Of a stretch of 64,000 nucleotides of DNA, positions 49,763-61,100 are shown piece after piece. Source of the stretch: Candidatus Falkowbacteria bacterium HGW-Falkowbacteria-1 (lineage in GTDB: Bacteria > Patescibacteriota > Patescibacteriia > Patescibacteriales > UBA12465); assembly GCA_002840305.1 (NCBI GenBank), contig PHAI01000002.1, positions 266,707-330,706 of the forward strand, written 5' to 3'. The notes below the pieces were generated by a model. That model had not been told where the DNA came from. It did no database searches and worked only from the letters and a program-made list of their open reading frames with translations. The position numbers and the translations under genes were made by a program. Every line of letters begins with the position of its first letter. Position 1 is the stretch's first letter.

Positions 49763-50413
49763 TTATTTTATATTATTAAAAATTATTAACTTCATATCTT
49801 CACTAGGCAAATCTCTCTTGCTGATTTTTAATTTTTCCTCAAAATTTGGAGCTATGCCTATCTCTTTGATAAATTTATCTATACCATCAATATCTATTTT
49901 TGAGCCTTCAGTCTTGTAATGCATAGGAATGACAATTCTCGGCTCAATCTGAGATATCGCCTCCACGGCTTTTTTGGCATCTAAAGTATATCTTCCTCCT
50001 ACTGGTATAAACAAAATATCAATACCTCCTATTTTCTCGAGCTGTTTATTGTCTAAAGCGTCACCCAAATCACCTAGATGAGCCAAACTTATACCCTCAA
50101 TGTCAAAACGAAAAATAATATTCTCGCCTCTCTCGGTGCCTTTTTTTTCATCATGGTAAGATTTAATTCCTTCAATAATTACACCTTTAATGTCATACTC
50201 ACCAGCACAATCTACAACAAAAGGCTTTCCTCGAAGAGCTGAAACATTAGCATGGTCTGGATGACTATGACTAACAGAAACTATATCAGCTTCAACGTTT
50301 GGCACTTTTAAACCAACCGAAGAATCAAAAGGATCAGTAATAAGCGAAACATTTTCACCGTTTATTTTTTCCTCTATCTTAAAGCAAGAATGACCGAAGT
50401 AATTTATTATCAT
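49763..50413 (-). CDS. MBL-fold metallo-hydrolase
   Basis: GHSCF, TDPF, SHSHPDH, HLGDLG, PMHY. Confidence 0.9.
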   Translation of the reverse strand: MIINYFGHSCFKIEEKINGENVSLITDPFDSSVGLKVPNVEADIVSVSHSHPDHANVSALRGKPFVVDCAGEYDIKGVIIEGIKSYHDEKKGTERGENIIFRFDIEGISLAHLGDLGDALDNKQLEKIGGIDILFIPVGGRYTLDAKKAVEAISQIEPRIVIPMHYKTEGSKIDIDGIDKFIKEIGIAPNFEEKLKISKRDLPSEDMKLIIFNNIK

Positions 50414-50549
50414 AAAAAAGCAATATTAATTTTTATATTCTTTACCCTAATAAAACATACAAAAAGCTAATTTCTTAGCTTTTTAATACTCATTCATCTA
50501 CCCTTATAATAGCAAAATTTAATTTTAAGGTCAACATATATAAATAAAA

Positions 50550-50575
50550 AACCCGTTGTTTTGTAACAACGGGTT
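50550..50575 (-). terminator. Intrinsic terminator
   Basis: aacccgttgtt-ttgt-aacaacgggtt with a T-run on the minus strand. Confidence 0.8.
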
Positions 50576-50595
50576 GTAAAAATTGCGCTAAATTC

Positions 50596-51753
50596 TCAAT
50601 TAGTATCAGAGGTTATTACCCCTTGACGAATTGTGAATTTTCCTTTTTGACGACGAGATACTGGTAATTCCGCTATAAAAAAGCGGTTAGTATTCGTCGT
50701 GCCTGCTGGCCTGTACATAAAAGATACATTACCGGCTGGCAAGGAAAAAGCTGTGTATCGCTCAGATGCAATCAAGGCTCGTTCGTTCTTATCTGAAAAA
50801 ACGCGACTACCAACTTCGTCCATTGTAGCCCCCCAGAAAAATTCTAATCCGGGAGACACAAATGTCCTCAAGAAAATAGTCTTTTTTCTACCAGAACCAA
50901 AGACTGTGTTATCCTTTGATCCCAATATTCCAGACAAGTCTTGAGGGACAACAGTGAGTATTACTCCGCTGCTGTCAACCGAAGCTCTTAATTTTTTTCT
51001 GGTTCCATCTTGGTTCCAGACTTGAACCCAACCATAATTAGGAATTTTTATTTCAAAGTCGAAATCATAATTCCCTGGTTCAGGCGCCTCTACAACTTTT
51101 GCGTTAACACTTTTAAGAGTGCCCTCAATGTTAACAGCCTCGCCACCTTCCACTAAAAATTTTGCATCACCCAAAGAAATAAACATTGGATAATTGATTT
51201 TAGTTTTCAAGGTGACTCTAGGAAGAGGACGAAGACCTAAGGCTTTGTCGGTTAACTCAAACTTTAAACTATGCCCAACATCGCCAGCGTTTTTATCAAG
51301 TAACTGTTCGGCTCCTAATAATTGGCCGGAAACAATTTTTGAAATTTGTTGTCCGCCATCGTTATAGGTGACCATAAACGCCAAGTGCAAAGCTTCTGTT
51401 GGTTTACTGGCAACAGGTTTCTTGTCTTTTTTATAGGTAAAATATATAACCTGCGCTGGAAAAGAAATCTCTGCATCAGCAGATTTCATTTCGTAACCGC
51501 TTGCCGAAGCAACGGGCACTGCCCAAATTCTCTCCTTCAAAAGGCTTTTATAAACGCCACTGTTTAGCGGCATAATTGTCAAATCCTTTATTCTAGAGCT
51601 GTTAGTCACTGTGATAAAAGCACTTGCGCCTCCGGCCGGCTTGTCGGTTCTAAACCAAGGATTCTGCGTCCACTCCTGAGCTTTAAGCTCAGAAAAGCAC
51701 ATTGCCACCATTAATATGGTTGGCACCAATAAGTAACGAAACATCTTTTTCAT
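50596..51753 (-). CDS. Orphan secreted beta-rich protein
   Basis: Signal peptide MKKMFRYLLVPTILMVAMCFSELKA|Q; own TTGACA-17-TATAGT promoter at 51859-51887. Confidence 0.7.
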   Translation of the reverse strand: MKKMFRYLLVPTILMVAMCFSELKAQEWTQNPWFRTDKPAGGASAFITVTNSSRIKDLTIMPLNSGVYKSLLKERIWAVPVASASGYEMKSADAEISFPAQVIYFTYKKDKKPVASKPTEALHLAFMVTYNDGGQQISKIVSGQLLGAEQLLDKNAGDVGHSLKFELTDKALGLRPLPRVTLKTKINYPMFISLGDAKFLVEGGEAVNIEGTLKSVNAKVVEAPEPGNYDFDFEIKIPNYGWVQVWNQDGTRKKLRASVDSSGVILTVVPQDLSGILGSKDNTVFGSGRKKTIFLRTFVSPGLEFFWGATMDEVGSRVFSDKNERALIASERYTAFSLPAGNVSFMYRPAGTTNTNRFFIAELPVSRRQKGKFTIRQGVITSDTN

Positions 51754-52010
51754 GATCTTCTTATTTTTAAGTTAAACATTCATTTTCCTTCAAAAATATA
51801 TTGTTTGCAATACTGCGCTTGCAATACCACAAAATGTCAAAGTTCTAACAAACATATAACTATATCACATATAAAAAAATTTGTCAATACCCTGACAAAC
51901 GCCCAACAAAAAAGAAGAAGGTAACCGATTTTTAATTTACAAAAAATTAAAAAAAATAAAAAAGGCAGTGGATTTGTTCCTCTGCCTTATTGTGAAATTT
52001 TTTTTGCCCT

Positions 52011-52472
52011 TTAGAAAGGCGACTCTTCTTCGTCTCCGAATAGGCCACCACCTTCAACCGCACCAGTTGTGTCAGCTACTTGAACAGAAATCGATTTTAA
52101 ACTATCAATTTCATGTTTCAGCCTTTTCTGCTCAGCCTCTATTTTGGAGGCTCGAGAATTGGCATAACCTGCACTGCGAACTGCCTTGTCGGCTTTGATA
52201 GCAACGCTGTCGACTCTTTTGTTTAGGTTGATAATCTCCTGAAAAATTTCAGGAATTTTAACCGTATCAATAACTGTCACAGTACTGTCAACCACCACAA
52301 GAGCGTTATTGACGCGAACAACAGTGTTGTTAACACCCATGATTTGGTCAAACAGCATTTTGTTTCCTGTTTCAACTCGATTTCCCAAATTGGAAATTCC
52401 AACAAATAAAACAATGCCTACTATAAGGGACAGGGCTATAGCGCCAATGCCCAGCACACGGTCTGTGTTCAT
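52011..52472 (-). CDS. Orphan membrane-anchored coiled-coil protein
   Basis: N-terminal TM, heptad region, GGAGG SD, promoter TTGACA-17-TAATAT at 52522-52550. Confidence 0.65.
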   Translation of the reverse strand: MNTDRVLGIGAIALSLIVGIVLFVGISNLGNRVETGNKMLFDQIMGVNNTVVRVNNALVVVDSTVTVIDTVKIPEIFQEIINLNKRVDSVAIKADKAVRSAGYANSRASKIEAEQKRLKHEIDSLKSISVQVADTTGAVEGGGLFGDEEESPF

Positions 52473-52546
52473 GATTTATCCTCCATTTTTAAGTTACTAT
52501 TAATAAAACAACTAACCAAATATATTAGCATACAAAAAAAAATTTG

Positions 52547-52963
52547 TCAATAGCCAGACCTAAGTCTCTTCATTTCCGTAAAAACGCTATCTTGCACTGA
52601 CAACAAGTGGCTATAAACAGCTTGCAATACCCCGTCGTACTCATTCAATCTTTTTATGACTTTAGCACTCTTCCTTTTTTCTTCTTCCAATGAGATGCTT
52701 ATTTTACTGTTCTGTTTTTCTAAGCTTTCTATTCTACTCAACATCTCTTCTTTGTTGAAGTCACTCTTGGGCCTAGAGACAAGAACGGGCTCTCCCTTTT
52801 TAACTTTATGCACAACAGGGACAAAAGGCTCTACTTTCTTAATACCATCAAGCTTGGCATAGAAAGCGCTCGATTCATCGTTCATCTTATTCATTTTAAG
52901 AACAAGAAAGACCACAAAAACAGTGGCCAGAACAAAAAAAATAGTTAAAAGACTCTTTTTCAT
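52547..52963 (-). CDS. Orphan membrane-anchored coiled-coil protein
   Basis: N-terminal TM plus coiled coil; promoter TTGACA-17-TACAAT at 53036-53064. Confidence 0.65.
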   Translation of the reverse strand: MKKSLLTIFFVLATVFVVFLVLKMNKMNDESSAFYAKLDGIKKVEPFVPVVHKVKKGEPVLVSRPKSDFNKEEMLSRIESLEKQNSKISISLEEEKRKSAKVIKRLNEYDGVLQAVYSHLLSVQDSVFTEMKRLRSGY

Positions 52964-53035
52964 GATATATAGTGTTTTTAGTTTTTAATGTGCAAAATAA
53001 ATACAAAAAAAATTGTATTTTTAAAAAATCTTTTT

Positions 53036-53102
53036 ATTGTACAATAAAAAAAATATAATGTCAATAGTGACTATTGACATAAATAATATAATATGCTATA
53101 AT
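53036..53102. promoter_or_regulatory. Back-to-back divergent consensus promoters
   Basis: Minus strand TTGACA-17-TACAAT; plus strand TTGACA(53074)-17-TATAAT(53097); the -35 boxes form the palindrome atgtcaatag-tga-ctattgacat. Confidence 0.75.
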
Positions 53103-53232
53103 CCAAAGTTAGTACAAAAGGTTACTATAAATTGATCATTGAAAAACAATTAAAATTTCCAGTGAGATTAAAACTCGCTTTTTATTTTACTAGAAATTTT
53201 AATTAAATTATGTACCTAAAAAAACAGAAATC

Positions 53233-53784
53233 ATGGGAGAAATCAAAAAAATTACGCCTCTCGACTACATTTATGAGGGAGAAGAAATGGTTGGTGTAAA
53301 AACCACCGAATATGGCGAACTACGAATAAGCTATTGGGAAGAAAAGGAGATTCGCTCTTTTGACAATGTTGAATTCAAAATCCCGTCCATGTTTGGAAAA
53401 TTTATGAAATTCGTGCCAGAAAGAGTTCGTCTCTGGAAAAATGGCGAATTTCAAAAAATGTTGCCCCACTGGATGTACGGAGTTTTTGTAAAAGGAGTTG
53501 AAAAGGATGTCTTGGTAACGAGATGCTACTACCACTCCGACCCCAGCAAAACATCAGAGAACCTTCCATTTGGACAAACAGTTGTTGGTTCGCTAGAAAT
53601 GAAATTTTCCACAAACACTAAGACTGGTGAAAAAAAATTAATTTTAAATTTTGTCTACGGTGGTTCCCGAGAAAAAGCTCAAAAAAGAGTTATAATCGAC
53701 GGTAAGCCGGACGAAACAAAACCAAATTTTCAAATAACAGTCCCCGGCTCTGGTGGAAAAAAAATAACGGTTGTTAATATTTAA
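53233..53784 (+). CDS. Orphan hypothetical protein
   Basis: 183 aa ORF with its own promoter and a downstream hairpin. Confidence 0.65.
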   Translation: MGEIKKITPLDYIYEGEEMVGVKTTEYGELRISYWEEKEIRSFDNVEFKIPSMFGKFMKFVPERVRLWKNGEFQKMLPHWMYGVFVKGVEKDVLVTRCYYHSDPSKTSENLPFGQTVVGSLEMKFSTNTKTGEKKLILNFVYGGSREKAQKRVIIDGKPDETKPNFQITVPGSGGKKITVVNI

Positions 53785-53836
53785 AAACAACCGTTAAAAA
53801 AACCTATAAGCAGCAAAGAACATCTTGCTGCTTTTT

Positions 53837-55231
53837 TTATTTTTCTATTTTATCTTTAAAATAAGAAACTAAATTTTTTATATCTATTCTTTCTTGTACC
53901 ATAGTATCTCTGTCTCTAATTGTAACGCTTTCATTTTCTAAACTGTCAAAATCAACAGTTAAACAATAAGGCGTACCTATTTCATCTTGGCGACGATATC
54001 TCTTACCAATATTACCATTATCATCAAATTCGCATTTCCAAATTAATTTTAATTCATCAAAAATATCTTTAGCTTTTTTAACCAATTCTGGTTTATTTTT
54101 AAGCAATGGGAAAATGGCTATTTTAATAGGGGCCAATTTAGGTGAAATTTTCAAAACAATTCTAGCGCCATCGCCTTCGCCTTCCTCGGTATAAGCTTCA
54201 GACAAAATGGCCAAAAATGTTCTTCCTACCCCGGCTGAAGTTTCTACTATATGAGGAACGAACTTTTCACCGCTTGTTACATCAAAATAAGACAAATCTT
54301 GACCAGAATGTTTGCTATGTTGACTCAAATCATAATCACCACGAGCATGAACGCCTTCTAATTCCTTAAAACCAAAAGGATAATTGTATTCAATATCATA
54401 AGCCTCTTTAGCATAAAAAACTAAATTTTCATGTTTGTGCCATTTTAAATTCTTCTCTTTAATACCCAGGTCCAAATAAAACTTCCAGCGTGTTTCCTTC
54501 CACTCATTATAATACTTCTCTTGGGTATCCGGTTTGATAAAGTATTGCATTTCCATTTGTTCAAATTCGCGAGTTCTAAAAATGAACTGTCTGGCAGTTA
54601 TTTCGTTCCTAAAAGCTTTGCCAATTTGAGCGATACCAAAAGGAACCTTTACTCTAGCGGAATCCAAAACATTTTTATAATTTACATAAATCCCCTGACA
54701 AGTTTCTCCCCTAAGATAAGTTGGCTCCTTACTCCAGTCACCAGTAAAGTTTCCTAGATTTGATTGAACCAATAAATTAAATTTTTTACCAGGAGTAAAA
54801 TCCTTGGCGCCACAATTTGGACATTTTATTTTATCTTTATTCTTATCAAAAATTTCATTAATTTCATCTTCGCTCATCTTTTCATCGGCAAAAATACCAG
54901 CATCCTCAAGTAGCGAGTCTAGCCTTAAGCGAGAATGACATTTTTTACATTCGGTTAACGGGTCAGAAAAGCCTTTGACGTGCCCAGAGGCTTCCCATAT
55001 TTTAGGACTCATAAAAATGGCCGAATCAAGACCAACTACATCATCACGAAACTGAGTCATGGCCCTCCACCAGGCATTTTTAATATTATTCGCCAATTCA
55101 ACACCATAGGGGCCAAGATCATAAACAGCTGAAAAGCCGTCATAAATTTCTGAGGACGGAAAAACAAAGCCCCTTCTTTTACATAAAGAAACAATTTTTT
55201 CCATTTTATTATCTTGATTTTTGTTTGTCAT
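53837..55231 (-). CDS. glyQS: Glycine--tRNA ligase (homodimeric type)
   Basis: LCKRRGF, YLRGETCQG, FRNEIT, FRTREFEQME, RYRRQDEIGTP; start at MTNKNQ. Confidence 0.96.
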   Translation of the reverse strand: MTNKNQDNKMEKIVSLCKRRGFVFPSSEIYDGFSAVYDLGPYGVELANNIKNAWWRAMTQFRDDVVGLDSAIFMSPKIWEASGHVKGFSDPLTECKKCHSRLRLDSLLEDAGIFADEKMSEDEINEIFDKNKDKIKCPNCGAKDFTPGKKFNLLVQSNLGNFTGDWSKEPTYLRGETCQGIYVNYKNVLDSARVKVPFGIAQIGKAFRNEITARQFIFRTREFEQMEMQYFIKPDTQEKYYNEWKETRWKFYLDLGIKEKNLKWHKHENLVFYAKEAYDIEYNYPFGFKELEGVHARGDYDLSQHSKHSGQDLSYFDVTSGEKFVPHIVETSAGVGRTFLAILSEAYTEEGEGDGARIVLKISPKLAPIKIAIFPLLKNKPELVKKAKDIFDELKLIWKCEFDDNGNIGKRYRRQDEIGTPYCLTVDFDSLENESVTIRDRDTMVQERIDIKNLVSYFKDKIEK

Positions 55232-55236
55232 ATGTT

Positions 55237-56904
55237 TCAAATTTCCTCTAAACTCTCTATGCCCAAAAGTTTTAAAGCATTTTCTAATAATAAAGAGCAA
55301 GAGTATATAAAAATTAATCTAGCCTTTTTTAAATTATCCTCTGTCTGCAAAATATTAATTTTCTGATAATAATCATTAAATAGTTTGGCAAAATCAAAAA
55401 GATACTTAGCAATCTCACTAGGGTCATTGTCTTGCCCTGTCTTATAAACAATATCAGAATATTTAGCCATTTCCAAGGCTATCTTTTTTTCTATATCACT
55501 TTGCAATAAATCAAGACTGTATTCAACGCTCTCCGCAAAGTCAGCTTTTCTCAAGATGCTCTTCATCCTAACCAAGGTATATAAAATATACAGTGCACTA
55601 TAACCATCAAATCTTAAAGCCTCTTCTATATTGAAAGTTATCGTTTTGTTAGCGCCAACTTTTAACATCTCAAATTTTAAAATAGCCACGGCTAATTTTT
55701 GACAATTATTTTTTATTTTTTTATCGTCCCAGTCTTCATGCCTCTTTTTACTCTCTAATATTAGCTTATCAAAAATTTGATCAAAAAGATCTTTAAGCAA
55801 CACAACTTTGCCAGAACGAGAAGACATCATACCCTCTGGAAGTTTAACGAAATCATAAGCTAAATGAGTAAAATCATTTTTATAACCAGCTAACTCCAAA
55901 ATTTTAAACAATTGCTTAAAATGGAGACTCTGCCGAACATCAACTACAATAAAAGATTTTTTCAAGTCAGGAAAATCTTGATCCTTCTTTTCGGCTAGTG
56001 CTAAATCAGCTACGGCATACAAAGATGTCCCGTCGCTTCTAACGACTGGCAAAACACCCAACCCATATTCTTCCAAATCAGCAATTATGGCGCCTTGACT
56101 CTTTTTAAATATTCCCTTCTTTAAAAAATCGTCAACAATTTCTACTCCCCTCTTGGTAAAATCACTTTCAAAATAAGTTTTATAAAAATTTATATCCAAA
56201 AGAGAATAAATATCTTCAAATTCTTTCATGCTCAAATCCCTAGTCTTTTTCCACAAATCATAGTTTTCACCATCTTCCTTTTCTATCTCTATCATTATCT
56301 GACTAATTTCTTCTTTCAAGTCTGGATTCTTGTCAATCTCTGACACGGACCAAGCATAACACTGGCCTATATTTTGACTGTAATTTTGCTTATAAGCCCA
56401 AACTGTTTTGGCAGTGTTTATACCTAAATCATTAATGAAAGATACCGGATAAGAATCGAAACCGTTGGCCTTAGAAATTTTAACCAAAGAATCACCGAAG
56501 ACAATATTTCTCAAATGACCAATGTGAATTTCTTTATGAGTATTGGCGTTCGAATATTCAAAAATAATTTTTTGATTTTGGCCATCCTGATTATACCCTA
56601 AATCATTCTTATTATTTAAGACGTAAGAAATGGTTTCATTAAACAAAAACTTTTTATCAAGAAAAAAATTGAGATAAGGGCCGCTTGCTTCTATCTTTTC
56701 AAAAATAAAATTCAATTCATTATCATTTAAAATCTTCTCCCTAAAATCGTTTGCCAATTCCTGCACGTTTATTTTTCTTTCCTTGGACAAAGAAAAAAGA
56801 GGCAAAGAAATATCGCCCATTTCACTATTTGGTGGATAAGCAAAAATATCAATATTAATTTTCAATTTTTTGCCTATTAGTTGTTTTATTTCCTTCAAAA
56901 TCAT
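55237..56904 (-). CDS. argS: Arginine--tRNA ligase
   Basis: GPYLNF, EYSNANTHKEIHIGHLRN, MSSRSG. Confidence 0.95.
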   Translation of the reverse strand: MILKEIKQLIGKKLKINIDIFAYPPNSEMGDISLPLFSLSKERKINVQELANDFREKILNDNELNFIFEKIEASGPYLNFFLDKKFLFNETISYVLNNKNDLGYNQDGQNQKIIFEYSNANTHKEIHIGHLRNIVFGDSLVKISKANGFDSYPVSFINDLGINTAKTVWAYKQNYSQNIGQCYAWSVSEIDKNPDLKEEISQIMIEIEKEDGENYDLWKKTRDLSMKEFEDIYSLLDINFYKTYFESDFTKRGVEIVDDFLKKGIFKKSQGAIIADLEEYGLGVLPVVRSDGTSLYAVADLALAEKKDQDFPDLKKSFIVVDVRQSLHFKQLFKILELAGYKNDFTHLAYDFVKLPEGMMSSRSGKVVLLKDLFDQIFDKLILESKKRHEDWDDKKIKNNCQKLAVAILKFEMLKVGANKTITFNIEEALRFDGYSALYILYTLVRMKSILRKADFAESVEYSLDLLQSDIEKKIALEMAKYSDIVYKTGQDNDPSEIAKYLFDFAKLFNDYYQKINILQTEDNLKKARLIFIYSCSLLLENALKLLGIESLEEI

Positions 56905-57099
56905 AAAGACTATTCAATTAGTGCTAACAAAATTGTATATTATTTGAAACGTTTTGTCTACACTGGCCATCTTTATTTTTCCCGCTTATACACCCTCTTA
57001 AAAGCAAGGGCCAACAACATGGTTTTTATGTTGTATATTTTTAAAAATATGTTATAATTTATATATAATGAAAATATTTAAAAATTAAAATTTAAAACT

Positions 57100-58110
57100 A
57101 TGGTCTCTTATAGAACGATTTTAAAACAAGCCTGGAGAATTTCCTGGAAAAATAAATTTCTATGGTTTTTCGGGTTTTTTGCTTCCCTTATTAGCTTTGG
57201 TGCTGAGTTTAAAATTATCTCCAGATCAATAAGTCAAGAAACTGGCTTCAAAATGTTAAACAATATCGGCATGTTTATAAAGACTGGTATTTTTTCCAAA
57301 AATGCTCTAAACAATGCTCTCGAATTAATAAAAACAGACCTAGGCTCATTTTTAGCCTTAATCTTATTTTTACTTTTAATCTTGGCCGTTTTCTTGTTCT
57401 TTGTTTGGTTGGCTACTGTTTCCCAAATATCTATTATTGACGCTGTTAAAAAGATAACAAAAAACGTCAAGGAAAAAATAACAATAAAAAATCAACTAAA
57501 CAAAGCCAACGCAAAATTTTGGCCAGTTCTATGGATGAATCTAATCATGAGTGTAATGATAAATGGAATAACTCTTTTGATCAGTATTTTGTTGATATTT
57601 ATACTGCTTCAAAATAAACCAATCTTCCTCTTTCTATACGGAATCATCTTTATTGCCTTTATTCCAATAATCTTATTCCTATCTTTTATAATTAAATATT
57701 CTATCGCCTACGTAGTAATTGACGGCAAGAGCTTTTCATCAGCCCTAAAAAAGGGTTGGAAATTATTTAGAGACAACTGGTTGATAAGCATAGAAATGGC
57801 GATAACATTGTTTTTTATAAACATCGTGGCCATGTTAGCAGTTTCAACCTTAGCATTTTTAGGTCTAATATTTATAATAGGGATAGCCATGACTTCTACT
57901 ATTTTTATTATTTCTTCGCAAATTATTTTCTGGTTCTTGATAACTATTGCAATTCTACTTGCTGTAGCAATAATGATTGTAGGTGGGTCAATAATTAACA
58001 CCTTCCAAATAAGCACCTGGACGGATTTATTTATAAAGTTAAAAGAAAATAAAGTTAGTGGTAAATTAGAAAGAATTTTCTCCGAAGGAAATACCCCAAA
58101 TAAACTATAA
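57100..58110 (+). CDS. Multi-pass membrane protein
   Basis: 336 aa, about 6 TM, AWRISWKNKFLWFFG start. Confidence 0.7.
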   Translation: MVSYRTILKQAWRISWKNKFLWFFGFFASLISFGAEFKIISRSISQETGFKMLNNIGMFIKTGIFSKNALNNALELIKTDLGSFLALILFLLLILAVFLFFVWLATVSQISIIDAVKKITKNVKEKITIKNQLNKANAKFWPVLWMNLIMSVMINGITLLISILLIFILLQNKPIFLFLYGIIFIAFIPIILFLSFIIKYSIAYVVIDGKSFSSALKKGWKLFRDNWLISIEMAITLFFINIVAMLAVSTLAFLGLIFIIGIAMTSTIFIISSQIIFWFLITIAILLAVAIMIVGGSIINTFQISTWTDLFIKLKENKVSGKLERIFSEGNTPNKL

Positions 58111-58113
58111 AAT

Positions 58114-61100
58114 ATGAGTGGATTCAATTCAATTTCCAGTTTGTTAAACAAGGATGAGGAGGCAAATGAAGACAGTGCGCAAGGCAAATTTGCGGTCAAA
58201 CAAAAGGAAATAGAACTAAAAGAAGTGGAAAGACAAACTCAGACCAAGGCTTCGACCTTGGGTCTTTCTTATGTTGATTTGTTTGCCTTTCCGGTGAGCC
58301 CAGAAGCTATTGCTCTAATACCAGAAGAAGAGGCCGAAAAAGAAAAACTTGTTTGTTTTTATTACGATGGTGAAAATATAAGAGTAGGAACGACCAGGCC
58401 AGAAAATCCAAAAATAAAAGAAATGGAAGAATATTTAAACAAAACCTACTTTACAACAAGCAAGGCATATTTGATATCCGAAAATAGTTTTAAATGCGCC
58501 ATGGATGTTTACAAGACAATACCAAAGGTAAGCAAAGTAACTGGTGGCGTGGAGATAAAAGAAGAAGACCTAGAAAGATTTAAATCGGATATCAAGGATT
58601 ATAAAAGTTTAAACGAAAAAATAAACACTGTTAATATATCCGAAGTTGTAACACTCGTATTGGCAACAGCTTTAAAAGTTGGTTCCAGTGATATCCATAT
58701 TGAATCTGAAGAGAATGGAATAGTTGTAAGACTCAGGATTGACGGCGTCTTACAAGAAGCTGCTACGATCGACAAAATCAAATGGAAAAGAATAATATCC
58801 CGCATGAAAATACTGGCTGGAGTAAAAATAAACATAGAAGACAAGCCACAAGATGGTAGATATTCTATTTTTTTAAAAAATGAAAGAGTTGATGTTAGGT
58901 CTTCCTTCTTGCCGACCTCTTATGGCGAAAGCGTGGTTATGAGACTTTTAAAATCAAGCTCAGTTGGATTATCATTTGAGGATTTAGGTATTATGCCCCA
59001 GGCCTACGAAATATTAAAAAAGGAAATTGAAAAACCAAATGGCTTAATTCTTACAACTGGTCCGACTGGAAGCGGAAAAACAACCACTCTTTATGCTATT
59101 TTAAACAAGTTAAACCAACCAGGAACAAAAATTATAACCTTGGAAGATCCAATAGAATACCAACTAGAGGGTGTAAACCAAAGTCAAATAAACGCCAAAA
59201 AGGGCTATACTTTTGCCAACGGTCTAAGATCAATACTTAGACAAGATCCGGACATAGTTATGATTGGCGAAACTAGAGACCTGGAAACAGCTGAAATTTC
59301 AGTTCAAGCCAGTTTAACTGGACACTTAGTTTTATCAACACTACACACCAACGATTCTGCCGGAGTAATACCTCGCTTAATTGACATGGGAATAAAACCG
59401 TATTTTCTTGTCCCCTCTATAAACGCCGTGATAGGACAAAGATTGATTAGAAAAGTTTGCCCTAAATGTAGGGAGGTACATCAATTAAATGAAGATGAAG
59501 AATTATTAGTAAAAAAAATATTAGGAGTAATATCTCCTAAATCAGGGCTAAGCATCCCAACGACACTACCATCTTTATACAAAGCTGGGGCTGGTTGCGA
59601 ACATTGTAACGGTCTAGGATATAAAGGAAGAATCGGTATCTACGAAGTATTTACCATGGACGATAAATTAAAGCAATTAACCATAGACAATGCTCCATCT
59701 TTTAAAATACTACAACAAGCTATAGAAAATGGAATGATAACCATGCTTCAAGACGGAATACTTAAGTCATTAAAAGGATTAACCACCTTAGAAGAAGTTT
59801 ATAGGGTCATCGGAGACTTTGATTATGTCAACGAATTGTATGACGTAGCTATTTCAAAAACAATGGGAAGAGGAATCAAAATTAAAGCAGAAGATTTAGA
59901 AAAAGCAAAAAATTTAATAAAACAACCAGAGTCTATACAAGGACTAATGAGAGAGGTGCCAACCAAAGAAATAATAGGAATCTTGATGTCCTTGGCTATA
60001 AAAAGTGATGCCGGAGATCTTCACGTTGAACCAACGGAAAAAAATGTAAAGATTCGTTTTAGAATAGACGGAGTTTTGCACGATATATTTGAATTACCAA
60101 AGGATAATTATCTCCCACTTTTGGGTGAAATTAAAATATTAATTGGAGTAGAGACTAATGTCAAAAAATCAACCATAGATGGGCGCTTTACTATTTTTAT
60201 GCCAGATTCAAAACTTGATTGTCGTGTTTCTATTATATCTGGGGGTTTTGGAGAAACAGTGGTAATAAGATTACTAACTGGAGCCGGAGAAGCTTTGGAT
60301 GTAGAAAAATTGGGCTTATCAAAATATGCTTTGCCAGTTCTTAAGAGGTCAATGGTCAAAACCAGGGGAATACTTTTAACTACTGGTCCGACAGGAAGTG
60401 GTAAAACAACAACATTGTATAGCGTATTAAAAACAATAAACACCCCCGACGTTAAAATAATAACCGTTGAAGATCCGATAGAGTACCAAATGGAAGGAAT
60501 TATTCAAACTCAAATTGACAGTGAGGGTGGATACACCTTTGCAGCCGCCATGAGATCGCTGCTTAGACAAAACCCAAACATCATGATGATTGGAGAAATA
60601 AGGGACAAGGAAACGGCTGAGATAGCAATTGAGGCTGCTCTTACTGGACACTTAGTTCTGTCAACTATCCATACCAACAGTGCGGCTGGCGCTGTTTCTC
60701 GTTTTTCCGGCTTAGGTGTTGAAAGACAAATGCTAGCCAACGCTCTAGAATGCTCCATCGGACAAAGATTGGTTAGAAAAATATGCCCATTCTGCGAAAA
60801 AGAAGAGTTAGTCTTGGACGATATAAAACTAGCTGAAATAAAAAACATATTAGACAGTATAAAAAACCCAGATGTCATAATTCCAAGTCAAATGAAATTC
60901 TACAGAGGCAAAGGCTGCGACAAATGTAATAATATAGGTTATAAAGGCAGACTTGGATTATACGAAGCACTAGAAGTAAGCGACGATGTAAGAAAAATAA
61001 TAAACACTGAATCAGCTAGCGATAAAGAAATCGAAGAGGCGGCCATCAAAAATGGCATGGTAAGCGTTATCCAAGATGGAGTGTTAAAAGCTTTGGAAGG

